DNA from: Marsupella aquatica
Taxonomy: Eukaryota; Plantae; Marchantiophyta
Direction: 5' to 3'
Assembly: GCA_973895155.1 (NCBI GenBank)
Contig: OZ316893.1
Coordinates: forward strand, 15,220,645 to 15,284,644
Length of the DNA stretch: 64,000 nucleotides
How positions within the stretch are numbered: the first letter of the stretch is position 1; each line of letters opens with the position of its first letter. Shown in pieces: positions 23,098 through 34,718 of the stretch. A model generated the notes under the pieces. It saw only the letters and a program-made list of their open reading frames with translations, had not been told where the DNA came from and searched no databases. A program made the translations under genes and the position numbers.

Positions 23098-23439
23098 ATC
23101 TTCGAAAACAAGCCCACCACAATTAAGAACTTCGGTATCTGGGTGAGGTATCATAGTCGTACAGGTTATCACAACATGTACAAGGAATATCGTGATACCA
23201 CGTTGAACGGAGCTGTAGAGCAGGTGTATGATGAGATGGCTTCTTGTCATAGAGTTCGGTTCCCTTGCATCCAGATCATCAAGACTACGACAGTCCCTAT
23301 CTCTCTGTGCAAGCGAGAAAGTACCAAGTAGTTCCATGATTCAAAGATCAAGTTCCCCTTGACGTACCGCAAGATTCAACCTCCATCGCGAAAGCTGAAG
23401 ACGACTTACAAGGCCACTAGGCCCAACACATTTGTTTGA
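23098..23439 (+). pseudogene. RPL18A: Captured last exon of 60S ribosomal protein L18a (eL20)
   Basis: CAG|[44 protein letters not shown]...IQIIKT...[10 protein letters not shown]...[12 protein letters not shown]. Premature TAG at 23329-23331; upstream intron acceptor retained. Confidence 0.95.
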
Positions 23440-26400
23440 GTAGTGCGGGTGCAGCTTCCCAATTTTGAAACAATTTTGCTCATTTTATGTCCCGAGGGAC
23501 TCCAGGAGTTTATGTATTGAGTTTCTAGGTCAAGATGCTTAATATAAGTGAGTACGCATCAGTGGATACAGTGAGAGGGCTAAAATTTCATATGTCTGGA
23601 GTTGAAAGAACCCAACAAACACACTACCAAAATTAGAAAGAACCCAATAGACAGAGTACCGTTCTCAGGGGAGTTACAGGTCAACTTTCAAACATAAGTG
23701 TAACCATTTCAAGGCCAAACTTTATTAACTCCCCAAAACAGAGCACAAGGAAGCAAAGGACTTAAGCCAACCCGTCAAAGTTTCAGACCTGTCAATGCAG
23801 CAGCTCCCAAGTGTGCTTAGGTAAGCTCGGCTCAAAATCAGCCTCAATAGCTCCCACGCTGAGTACCACTGATTGTAGGCAATATGGAGCCTGAGACTAC
23901 CATCATTGTTCAAATTTGAGGTGAGGAAAGAGGGTACCAAAATTCTAGAGAACCCAATACCAAACATGCGGTGGCCTTAAATATCATTCCTATATTTATA
24001 TTCACAGCAAAGTGTTTAATTTTCATAAGCAAGTTAGGGTCGAGCTCGAAATACACTTACAACCAGCCGAATGTCAATAGCGCTCACTGCGGAAGGTTGA
24101 GATGTGTCGCTGATGGTAGCGCGTTTGCAATCCCCTCCACCTGACCAGTTGCAGCTCACAGTCATTTTCAGGAATTAATGTGTATCCTGTACCTCATTCA
24201 TTTCCTCATTATTTTCCCCAACTCAAATATTGGACTGCCATTTAGTTAAGCCTGTCTTTAATTTCTAACACCATGGAAGATTCGACTTACTGAGTAATGA
24301 CTTTAACCAGAGCGAACTAGAATGAACGAAACATCTCACGACATCATGGACAATTTAAAGTGACAAAATACAAGATACAGAATAGGATACAAAAGAGGAC
24401 ATGGCAAAAAGGACGAGTTGTAGGCTTGGAACGAGAAGAATGATAGAGAGACTCCAGAGTCTATCTTACCTTCACAAACTCTGAAAGATTTTACAAGCAT
24501 TACAATGTGCAAATGAATGAGCTCTCAAGACCAAATACATTTTCGCCTACACTGAAACAGAGTCCACAAACTCTGTACCCAACCGCTGTTGGAGGAGCTC
24601 CATCCCCACAATCGATTGAAAAAGCACATTCAACCTGAGCTGAGAGCGATTCCGGAAGGACGGACGGGCATTGAGTCACAGACAATCATGTGAGTTTGGG
24701 GTCCCAGGCGCATCTGTGATAGGAAAAAATAGCTCGGCCGCAGTTGTGATGGCAGGGCGGGTGCAGTAGGAGGCACTCATCAGGCAGCTAGGGAGGGAAG
24801 GGAGGGGAGGGAGAGAGGGAAGGGAGAAGAGGGAGAGATGGAAGGGAGCGGAAGGAAACTTCGAGCCCCCACAGGGGGAAGTCACTCTGTCTTACTACTC
24901 ACTTACAACAAATGAAGGTCACAGGTCCTTAAACCCTATCCCGAGTCACAATCATAAAATGCAGCTTGCATCACACAATTAAAAGAACACCAGGCAATTG
25001 AAGGAAGCAGCATTCGGCAATGGACCTAGGCAGCTCGCGAATTTCGCTCAGTAGCGATGTCACCTAGACCCTAAACACACAATGCATACATCACCTAGAC
25101 AACTATACTTGCAGCCACGAGGTGAGTCCGCGTCGATAGGGGATTGCAGCCTTACCTGTGCCGATGTAGCACCAAGCCGCCCTAACTGAAACTGCGTAGC
25201 AATCCACAGCAATCGCTCAATGCAAAAGCAGGGCCCGGTTGGCCTTGCAGCCCGATCATCCACCTTCAACCCTGCCACCAAGCAATGAGCTCTCCGCTGT
25301 TGCTCACCCTAAACCTTCAACACTCCCGCGAAGTTGTGTCTGCTTGCAAGAACAACTCCTTGCGAATCTTTCAACCCGGCCTAAACCCATAGCACAATCG
25401 CAAAACCTAGCAATGTCACCGCTGCAACGTTTTGTGCTTGCAATAAGCAGCCTCCTAAACCCACAGCTCCTTCCACCGTTCACAAAATGCCAATGACTCA
25501 ACCCTCCTTCCAACCCCGAGCTCCCAATAGTAGCAAGAATCCAAGCAGGGTCTCCTGCAAGCGCACAGCAGAGACAAGATCTCTCGGAGCTCAATAGGAT
25601 TCACTCGAAGGCCCAAGCCTGACAATGTTCGGCTCTTCCTTCCCGCTCACCAAATGCCAAAACATAGGGCGCGCGAACCAGTGTTGTTTCTCCCAAGGGT
25701 TTTGGTACAAGGGGTTCGGGCAAAACAATCTGTGCAGGGCAAAGGCATTACGATGTAACATGTGGAAACTTGCGGCATGGTCCATTAGGTGAAGGGGTTC
25801 ATGAAGCCAATTGAGGGCAACACGCATTACAAGGAAGAGTAGGGAAAAATGACCACTCAGCAAAGGCATTGCATGGTACCCTTAACAAAAACAGTCCCTA
25901 ATATTGGGCCGTTCAATATTCCTACATGAAGGGAGCTGCAACCATTTGAAAATGGCCAAGGGGTATATTTGGAGACAGAACGCTGCCAAATGATGTTAGT
26001 GGGTTCAGTGTGTGTCTTTCTGTTTGTATGATGGAGTAACCAGTGGCCAAAATCATGGCGCGCGACTTGCAATTGCACCAGCCTCAGGTATATATAGCCA
26101 CACCTATAATAATTGTCAATCATACAGATAAAGTATAAAAGGACTGTCTGGTTAGATTTGGGATGTGGGCTGAGATTATTATTTAATAAGAGCCAAAGTT
26201 ACATTGTTCTTATATATGTGCAACCATGGTGATAAAGATGGCAGAAAGCGCTATTATAATTGTGCTGATCGAGCCACTTATAAAACTTCAAAATAGTTGC
26301 CTACACTAAGTTACAATTGCAACACTCCAAATAGTTATAGATATGACTCTCCAAAAATTCACCAAAACTTAGTTGAGAAGGTGTAACAAAGATGACACCA

Positions 26401-26486
26401 ATAACCTTGGAGTCACTGATTTCCAAAGGTCTCAAGACAGTCATGCAAGGGAGGGTCTCAGATAGGGCCGGTTTCTTCTGGTGTAT

Positions 26487-27835
26487 GTAACACTTCTTGT
26501 GTATTTATCATGTTGGTGTGTATGTGCAGGTCATTTGCACGTATGTCTTTGAAACTGAACAAGTTTCTTGTGGCTTTTGGGGCGTATATTGCTGCTGAGA
26601 TGTGGATGATTGTCCCTCTCGGTAGTATTATTATTGCAGGTCCATATCCTTCCTCTAGTTGGTGTTGGCCTAGTATGGTAGTAATTCGTCTTTGGGAGGG
26701 GATTATTTTGCTAAAGTATTTTCTCTCCCGCAGGATTGTGTGGGTTGTCCCACTATCAACGATGCAAAAATCCAAATCATTCATGGTTGGGTTTTGGTTT
26801 ACCAAGTGGATTTCTGGTAAGATTTCAGTAAATTCTAGAAAAGCTCCATGGGTCTCAAATTCCGGTTGTGTTAAGCTCTTTTTGTATAGAGCTACCAGGT
26901 GGGTTGGGGCGCGGCATACCTTTTGTGTACATGGCCTCTAGTTCCACACCTGTAGCATGTTATCGGGTTGTCTTGTCTCCCTCTTTGGCTGCTTCCTGTC
27001 TTGGTTTCTCTGTTGTGGGTATCTGGATCCTCTCCTCCATGTTGTTCTTTCGTTGTTGTATCTCCCCCTGCCTCGGCCCCTGCCTCCATATGGTGGTCTT
27101 CTTCGTCCCCCTTGGTTATATCCTCCTCTGCCTCGGAATGTTCCTCTGCTTCGGTATTGACCTCTTTCTCTATATAGGTTCCTGTTCCTGTTTTGTGTAT
27201 TTTGGGGTGCAGTGTAATGTGTTTCAGTGTTGGGCTGCGGGGGAAGGGTTCCAGGGGGTCTTTCTCTAGTGTTTTGTAGTAGGAGGATTTGATGCTTTTC
27301 TGCTAGTAGCATGTGTGCCATTAATTCTGAGTATTTGGTGAATCTCATGTTCCGATATTGAGTAGATAGGATCAGATTTGTTGAGTGAAGTGTTGATAAG
27401 GTTTTCTCGATTTGTTCTTCGTCTCCCACCGGTTGATTGCAGATGGCTAGTTGTGAGGTAATCCTGAATAACTCACTGTTGTATTCGGCAATCGTTTTGA
27501 AATCTTGAACTCGCAGGTTTACCCAGTCGTGCCGTGCCGCGGGCAGGAATATCGTCCTTGTGTGATCAAACCGTGCTTGCAGCTCATCCCATAGTATACA
27601 AGGATTATATTTGTTCATATATTGTCGCCTTAGTGGTTCTGCCAAATGATGTCTTATGAGTATTAGAGCTTTAGCTTTTTGCTGAAGTGTTGGTCTTGCG
27701 TCCGTTAGAGTACGTAGCATCTTGGAGGTCCTTTGATGTCAAATGCGCCTCTACATCGAGTGACCATGATAGGTAGTTAGATCCGTCAATGCTTAATGCC
27801 TGGAAGAGCAATTTTTCCATTGTATTGGTAGCCAT
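26487..27835 (-). pseudogene. Copia gag and protease, frameshifted
   Basis: FQALSIDGSNYLSWSLDVEAHL; ARHDWVNLRVQDFKTIAEYNSELFRITSQL; zinc knuckle CYRCG; protease IVDSGTTHTIL. Confidence 0.95.
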
Positions 27836-28336
27836 CTGCTTTCACTGGTTGTATATTGGTTCCCAATGTTTTGGGGAAGATAATTATGATCCAAGTCTCA
27901 ATTGATGATTGTAAAGTCTCAATCTGTGGTATAATTCTGAAATTTTGGAGGGAGAGGAAAGAAATGGATTATCTTGATTGGTGTCAGAGCTTGAAGTGGG
28001 CGTTGGGAATTCGCCTCAATCAATGTCGTTTCTTTTCTTTGGAATTCTGCTATTCTCAGTTGTGAATGTTGCATTCATTGCTCCAGTAACCGTTTTTAAT
28101 CGTTGGGTGCTCTTCGTGGTGTCATTCAACGTGTGGGGACCACATTCTCATCCTCCTTGAATTTGTGATCCCCCTTTTTTGTGTCAATTTAGATTGTCTA
28201 AAAGGGAGAAGAGAAATCTCCCTCGTGTCCAAATGATTTCTCAGTCAGGAAAAAAAAGAATTCCTTGATCTGTAGCCAAGCCACTCTCATCTGGTTCTAC
28301 ATCGATTTCCTTGAAAAAAATTGTGGAGCGCTATCA

Positions 28337-28347
28337 TGCTGATAACG
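28337..28347 (-). other. Primer-binding site, half-tRNA-Ile type
   Basis: Minus strand reads CGTTATCAGCA directly after the 5' LTR. This is complementary to the tRNA-Ile(IAU) anticodon arm rather than to a tRNA 3' CCA end. Confidence 0.75.
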
Positions 28348-28490
28348 TGTTGAAACACCACCAGAATAATGTTGTTCTTCTCATTCATGTGTGTGGTCTT
28401 TATACATCGAGGTGGTTACTTTAATAGTAACTACCTAAGGTTTGGTGTTAAACCTTACCCTGAAGTAGACTTAACCTATGGGTTCTAACA
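28348..28490 (-). repeat. 5' LTR of the copia element (143 bp)
   Basis: Matches 3092-3233 except for one substitution and a 1-bp indel. Confidence 0.95.
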
Positions 28491-28568
28491 AAGGACACTT
28501 TTTCTTTTTTGTCTTGAACAGAAATGGGGAGGAAATACAATTAGACTCCCCCCATCCCAATGTGACAG

Positions 28569-28830
28569 TTTTTTTTATAGGGAACCCAGACCAGGGTGAG
28601 CCCCAACGGATCCGACAGGGACCCGCACCAGGAAGGAGAGAGGATTAAATCAAGGCCACAAAGTGGATGACCAGGGGCCGAGCAAATAATCAGAACTCCA
28701 ATCCACTACCCACAAAACCCATCCCACCCACACACATATACCCTCCACACCCCAGTGTGTGGAGGGGGATTGAACCTGGGACCTCTCACTTCTAGGCAAA
28801 TCCCCTAGCCAATTGACCTAAGCCAATCGG
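28569..28830 (-). mobile_element. tRNA-derived SINE
   Basis: Minus strand: A-box-like TAGGTCAATTGG, B-box GGTTCAATCCC, about 260-bp body and an A8 tail. Confidence 0.75.
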
Positions 28831-30199
28831 TTTTTAAAAAAAGGAGGAAAAGAAAAAGAAAAAAGGACACTTTTCCGATAGGCTTGTTCTCTTTGTTGGT
28901 TAGGGTCTTGTTAAAGTGATAGAAAGTTCTTTTTTGGCACAGACTGTTAACCTTTATTAACTGCTTATCGCAAAGAAAAACCAAAACGGCACCCTAGAAC
29001 TCAAGAACAAGTATATCAAGGAACTTTCACCAGGACTAAGAAAGTCACAACACACGGCAGGGAAAAAAAACCTAAGGAAAGCCATTGCTGATATAAGCTA
29101 AAATAAAGTAGTCAAAGGAAACCTGGATCAGCATCAAAACTACATCTAATGGGAAACTATTCAACATATTTCTGACACAAATTTCTAATGTCAAACTCTT
29201 GACCAATGTATCATCAGATGGCCCATACTCAAGTTGGGCTTAGGGAAGAATCATCAACGAATCTCATGTGATCTCATGCACTTTTGGATCCTGAAAATGT
29301 TGATCCCACTTCACAGGGAATGAGTCAAATAATTGCATGCCATATTTTTTAGGTATACTTGTCTAGAATTTTGTCAATATGGTACAATTGTGTTACAACT
29401 TTTTCTCATAAATGAGTCGTTTCTACAATCCTCCCCATATCCTAGGGTCTAAGTAGTTCAGTATCCTTGAAGCTCAATGGCCAAGTAATTGTAACTTTTT
29501 GAATATGGACCACAAAATTTTCTGAATTCAAACCATTCTTTTCCTGGATCAAGATCTTGGAGAAAGGGAAGAACAAGCAAGAGCCTCGTGAAGAAAAAAT
29601 GCAAGAGAGTAATGGTGACCATGAGATATCACAAATGATATCACCCATGAGAGGAGAGACATGAAAAGCAAAACGAGTTTTCTCAGGCATTCCCTGGACA
29701 TGAATTTGAAGTCAATGCTCTTGAACCGTCCATGAATAAAGGTGACATCCTAAAAGTTGTTTACAACTCAAAAATTGCTGAACTTTTGTTGGATTGCTTG
29801 CATCACTTAGAAATTACAAGAGTCTATGTGGATAGGGAAGTTTGCTCCAAATCCTGCAATGAATTAAGCAAGGTTTTTGGCACACTATGACATTTTGGAA
29901 TAGCATTTTAGTATATCCATAATTCCAAAATGTTAGAGGGATTTTTATGATTGCACACAACCGGCCAGCTTGGAAATACATCAAAGAAGAGCAATATTGA
30001 AGGGAATCTACTGGCAAAATTCTGATAGCCAGCAACACTAAACAGTATACAATTTTGCACACCTCAACCAAGGTGGCCCATACAAAAACAAATGTATTTT
30101 TAATTACTAAACTACATGCATCCCCACCTGTCCCTATTGACTATCCTCTATGAGTGCATTTTAGTTACTAGGTTTGGCCACCACCTAGTTACAATAAGG

Positions 30200-32553
30200 C
30201 TTGGTCAGTCAATGTGTTTACCTTCAGACTCAATCACCATTTGTGTCTCACCTCTCCCTTCATCAGTTTGGGTGGCCACCCGGGGGGTTGTGAGAGTGTG
30301 GTGGATGGCCTCTGCGCGATTGCGGATCTGCACCCCAATTGGGCGGTCAATAAGGTGGACATGGCCTTCCAACACTGTTTTCACAACTGACCATTTTTGA
30401 GGAGCTTTGGATGCTGGTGGAGCAATTGCATCCCTCGTTCCCTTTGTATGTGCCTTCTATGGGACCTTTGCTCTTTTGTTCTACCCTGACCGTCTCAGCC
30501 TAGGATCTTACATGACTATTCTTTTTGAGACCAACATGCACCCAACGGATCCTATTGGTGGGGCTCTGTATGCCATGGCACACTTGGTGCACTCCGGGCC
30601 TCTTCAGTTGCTTTTCCCGGATGCATGTTTCAGTACATTGCTGATAATACCCATTTTGTGGCACCTACTTCAGTCTTGGGGGATGCTTACATTCATTTTG
30701 TTGACCAGTTGGCCCTATTTGGCCTTTTTGTTCAGCCCTCAAAAGTGTGGGGTTTGGTCTCCACACCCCGTCCCTGCCTCTTTCCCCGCCCCTTGGTATC
30801 CCATTCACACAGAGGGCATTTGGGTCCTTGAGGTACCTTTCAGAGAGGAGGCCTTTGTGCGTGACTTTTTGTAATTAAGTTGCATTATCAAAGGATGTTC
30901 TTCACATTGACCAGCTGGTTGCCCTAGGGGACGTCCAGATTGCCTTCATGATTGTGCTTCAATGCTTTGTCCTCACCCCTTTGTACCTTCTTTGGCCTGT
31001 GCCTCCCACCCCCATGTTTTCTCGCATGTCTTTATCACCTTATTGGCCTTGGGGCCTCTGACAGAGAGGATGGTTCTTTTGCTACTTGGCAGGCCTCTTT
31101 GCCCCCATCTAGTGGCGGCACGTCTGTCATTGCCATAGCCCCTATGCTTTCCTTGGTTGTTAGGTGCAGGTGGGCCCTGCCCTTGCCTCCCGTTTCATTG
31201 ATCTTTAGCCCCTCTTCTTTGATCATGTCATGGAGGTTGAGGATGGGGTTCTCCCCTTCAAGGTTCAGTTGCGCAACGCTCAGTCATTGCTACCCAAGGT
31301 AGTGCAGGCTACCATTCCTGCTTTTGTGAGGTTGTTATGGACAACCTGGATCGTGTTCAACAAGTGATTTTGGATTGCCTGTATCATTACTCCCTTTCCA
31401 ATATGCTTTCAGATGCACATTTGAGTTCATCTCTTGCCTTGTTGGGGTGTAAGTTCTGGAGCCTGGCACTCCGCTAGTCCTTTATGGGCCACCTTTCGTA
31501 TGAGCTATTTCCTCTTCACCACGTCCTTGTGCCTTTGTTTGTCTCCCTCACCCCTGCCTCCTTGGCCAACCTACTTGTGTTTGTGGGGCAACCTTGGACC
31601 CTAGGGGTGTTCACATTCTCAGGTGGCCACGGAAGTGAGTAAACTGTGACACATGATGACATTCGGGATGCTGTGGCTGCCATTGCTTGGGATTCTGGAT
31701 ACCATGTTGCTATGGAGCAATGACATGTCCTTCCCCCCAGATACAATTTGTGACATTTGGCGGGTTTTTACTCGGGCTGGAGTCCATGCCCTCAGTGATG
31801 TGGTAGTTGCTGATCCTACTATTGGGAGCAACATTGTGGTGGCCGCCTATGCCATGTGCCTGGACATGCTACAACCAAGACTGTTTGGCTCAAGGAGGAG
31901 GCCTATTTTGTTCATTACCTGGGGAATCTGTTTTACCCTTTTTGTTGAGCATAGATGACAATCGCAACGGCAAACCCATGAACCATCCAACGCACAAGTG
32001 TTAACATAGAGAGATATGTGGTTCACCTCCACATGAGGCTACGTCCACGGGAACACACAAGAGCTTTACTACACTCTAGGCCAACCGACCATACCAAGCA
32101 TCCACAGCACAAGCTCTCCCTATCTCTCAACTGGCTCCGTTACAATGAGCCTGAGTTCATGTGGACGTAGCCTCATGTGAAGGTGAACCACGTATCTCTA
32201 TGTTGATACTTGTGTGTTGAATGGTTCATGGGCTTGTTGTTGCAATTGTCGTCTATGCTAAACACTTTTGCTCTTGAGGTTGTTGGTGCTCTCCACCCTT
32301 GCTTTGACTAGTTTCTTTGGGCTTAATAATATGCGGTTTTTGCATTGAGTGGAGGCCTTTTCTCCCTATTTCAGTTCTCACGACATTCTTTTGGCCGAGG
32401 GTGTCGGTGGCACTTTGGAGGGCTCAGGCTTTCACTATTCTTCATCAAGCCGAGGTTGTTGGTTTTAGGGCCTCTAGGCAGATTCCCCTTCATGACCTTC
32501 CTATGTGGTTTACCTCGGAGCTCTACCAGACTTTTCAGTATTCCCTCCACTAG
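30200..32553 (+). mobile_element. Decayed CRE-clade non-LTR retrotransposon (RT + restriction-like endonuclease)
   Basis: QFGVATRGGCE; LHPNWAVNKVDM; DPIGGALY; YIADNT (YxDD site); GLFVQPSK; LPPSSGG; CVCG; THDDIRD; ALSDVVVADP. Many frameshifts. Confidence 0.8.
31943..32264. mobile_element. 322-bp fold-back element made of two inverted copies of one LTR end
   Basis: TGTTGAGC...GCTAAACA; about 104-bp inverted arms; perfect TSD CTTTT. Both arms are homologous to the right end of the LTR at 44570-44992. Confidence 0.88.
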
Positions 32554-32611
32554 GGGTTTAGTTATTTGTTTGCTCCTTAGGGGTTTTTGTTGTAGTTGGG
32601 GAGAGGGTTTT

Positions 32612-32925
32612 CACCGTGACAGCAAATAGCAAACAGATTTACTATTACGAGCAAAAAAATTCCTGTTACGAGCAAACTAGACAATCTAAAAATGTGTCAT
32701 TAAAAGTCACAATTTTCAAAATAATTTAAAACATGACAATTTTTTGCTAGTGTAAGGCGATACTATTACTAGCTCCGGGCGCTAGCCAAAAAATATCGAC
32801 TCACAAATATTTTTATATTTTTTTTCCCCAAAAAATAATCCAAAAAAAAAATTCCAAAAAAAATCCAAAATTTTTACCACCCGTTTGCTATTACGAGTAA
32901 CTATTTGCTGTTTGCTGTCACGGTG
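32612..32925. mobile_element. MITE with CACCGTGACAGCAAA TIRs
   Basis: Perfect 15-bp TIR that extends imperfectly inward, around an AT-rich core. Flanks are GTTTT/GTTAT. Confidence 0.85.
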
Positions 32926-33766
32926 GTTATACCTGTTGGGGACCCAGTTTTTTGTTGGGCCTCCTTTGGTACTCATGTGGGTGTTTCCTTATTATTCCCT
33001 TTATTGGGTCTTTTTTCCTTTAGTATCTTGTCTCCCGGTTAGGCATTCGTGTCTATTTGGCTGTGTTGTAGTAAGGTAGGAGATGCTCCAAGATGAAGAG
33101 TTAGTAGATCGGTAGGATAATTATTTGCAGCTTTTTACTAAAGTACCCCCCAAACTAAACATTATTACAATCTTGCCCCCCAAACTAAACTATTTACTAT
33201 ACTGCCCCCCAAACCGTATACCGATGCTTCTAACCAGACTTCTCGACCACGGAAGCGATCCTATTGGCTATCACGTAACCGCAGTCGACCACCCTTGGTC
33301 ACACTAACCCGCGAGATCAGTCACGTACGCAGCCTGCACCCAGCAGCGCCGCGCCTAAGGCGTCCGATACCTGTCGGGGCCTGGCTCCCACCAAGGCGCA
33401 CTTGCGCCCAATACTTCCCATTCCTCCTCTCGAGCCCCAACGAGCTATCGGGCCCCGACTCCTACCAGTCAACTTACGCTAAGGGCACGACTTCTACCAA
33501 TCGTTTTCTTCAAGGAAACACGCACATTGAGGCATATGATCGATCTCAAGAGGAGGGCGAACGGGAAGGGCAGGTAAGGGAAGGGGAGCCGCCAAATTTT
33601 CTCTAGCACAGCACTGGGAGGGTCGAGGCGCAGAAACACAAGGAACGCCACATTTGAAATTTCTACTAGGAGCGCAAATCGAAGCAGCATTTCCACTTCG
33701 GGAAAGCCATTATTTTAAGGTGCTGCAAGGTGAGATCGACCTCGAAGGCCAAGTGTGGGGTGTGCA

Positions 33767-34327
33767 ATGGCTAGAGCAATAAGCACCATCCTGAGGGCAC
33801 TCGCTGTATGCCTTTGGGCCTTTCTAGGAGTGATGGGGTCTATTTTTTGTCTGCTCTCTCGTGCCATGGAGTTCGGGAGGGATAAATTAGATTTCTGGCT
33901 GCAATCAGCCGGGGAGCTTCCTGCAGCCCCTACACTAGACTTACCCACTCCCGTACCCACTGCTCCGCCAATCCACTTGAATACCATGCTCGATTCCAGG
34001 GAGGATGAAGGCAAGCCAAGTATGCAGCCTAGGAAAGAACAGGCTGTAACACGAGAGCCAATGATGGAGCCTGTGAGCGAGATCATGGAGCAAAGGCCGA
34101 GGCAAGTCCCTACTACTGAAACAATGCACAGTTGGCATCTTGGGCAGAAGCGACGTTATTATGCAGTTGTCTACGGCTACACGCCAGGCATCTACGATAC
34201 ATGGGAGGCTTGTTAGCACCAGGTCCATGGCTTTAGCGGATGTAAATTTAAGAGTTTCAAGACTTGGCAAGAAGCATTGGCGTATTTGCAGGATGGATTG
34301 ATGCATATTAGGCGATCCAATTTGTAG
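33767..34327 (+). pseudogene. MULE second ORF: N-terminal hydrophobic helix + RNase H1 N-terminal (Cauli_VI / hybrid-binding) domain; one in-frame TAG
   Basis: RRYYAVVYGYTPGIYDTWEAC*HQVHGFSGCKFKSFKTWQEALAYL matches the consensus YYAV..G..PGIY.TW..C..QV.GF.G..FKSF.T..EA..YL. Confidence 0.88.
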
Positions 34328-34718
34328 TGTTAGAATTAGATAGGCAGGCTGTGAATTGTGCCAGCATTGCACTTGTGGTGCACGTCTCTCATTGTAGCCC
34401 AAAGTGGCCCATTTTGGAATACTAAATGTTTCTCATTCAATGCACACACATCCTATTTCTCTGATTCGAAGTGTAAATTCAATTGTCTTGTCATCTGTTT
34501 GAAAAGTATTCTCAACAAGTGACTAAAAAAACTAATAACATTGACAACTAAATTACTCTGCACAAGCCTGTCTAATGATGGGAACCACTGGATGGTGCAC
34601 TGTCCATGGTTGCTAGCAATTGAGAAAAGCTTCCAATGCTCATGCTCTCCTGTGATCCCCAACCTGGTACAATATGACAAGGATCCTCTTTGGCAGCACA
34701 GTGAGCTTCCTCCATGTC

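Larger units (their letters stand above)
8605..26483 (-). mobile_element. CACTA (En/Spm) DNA transposon, about 17.9 kb, with cargo ORFs
   Basis: Left end CACTAGAAGAA; right end TTCTTCTGGTG (revcomp CACCAGAAGAA); 3-bp TSD TAT at 8602-8604 and 26484-26486; dense TGTGACT subterminal repeats at 8640-8925. Excision restores the copia frame EVLHIIAK. Confidence 0.95.
3092..28490 (-). mobile_element. Ty1/copia LTR retrotransposon, Bianca-like lineage, interrupted by nested insertions
   Basis: TG...CA LTRs at 3092-3233 and 28348-28490; 5-bp TSD AAGGA at 3087-3091 and 28491-28495; PPT and PBS next to the LTRs; gag-PR-INT-RT-RH order on the minus strand. Confidence 0.97.

Noticed and set aside
25060-25870. 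Cluster of short ORFs near the CACTA right end
   Set aside because: All frames are interrupted and unrecognisable; more likely the element's promoter/leader region.
28750-28830. tRNA-like A and B boxes
   Set aside because: No full cloverleaf, and the sequence continues into a body and poly(A) tail, so it is called a SINE rather than a tRNA gene.
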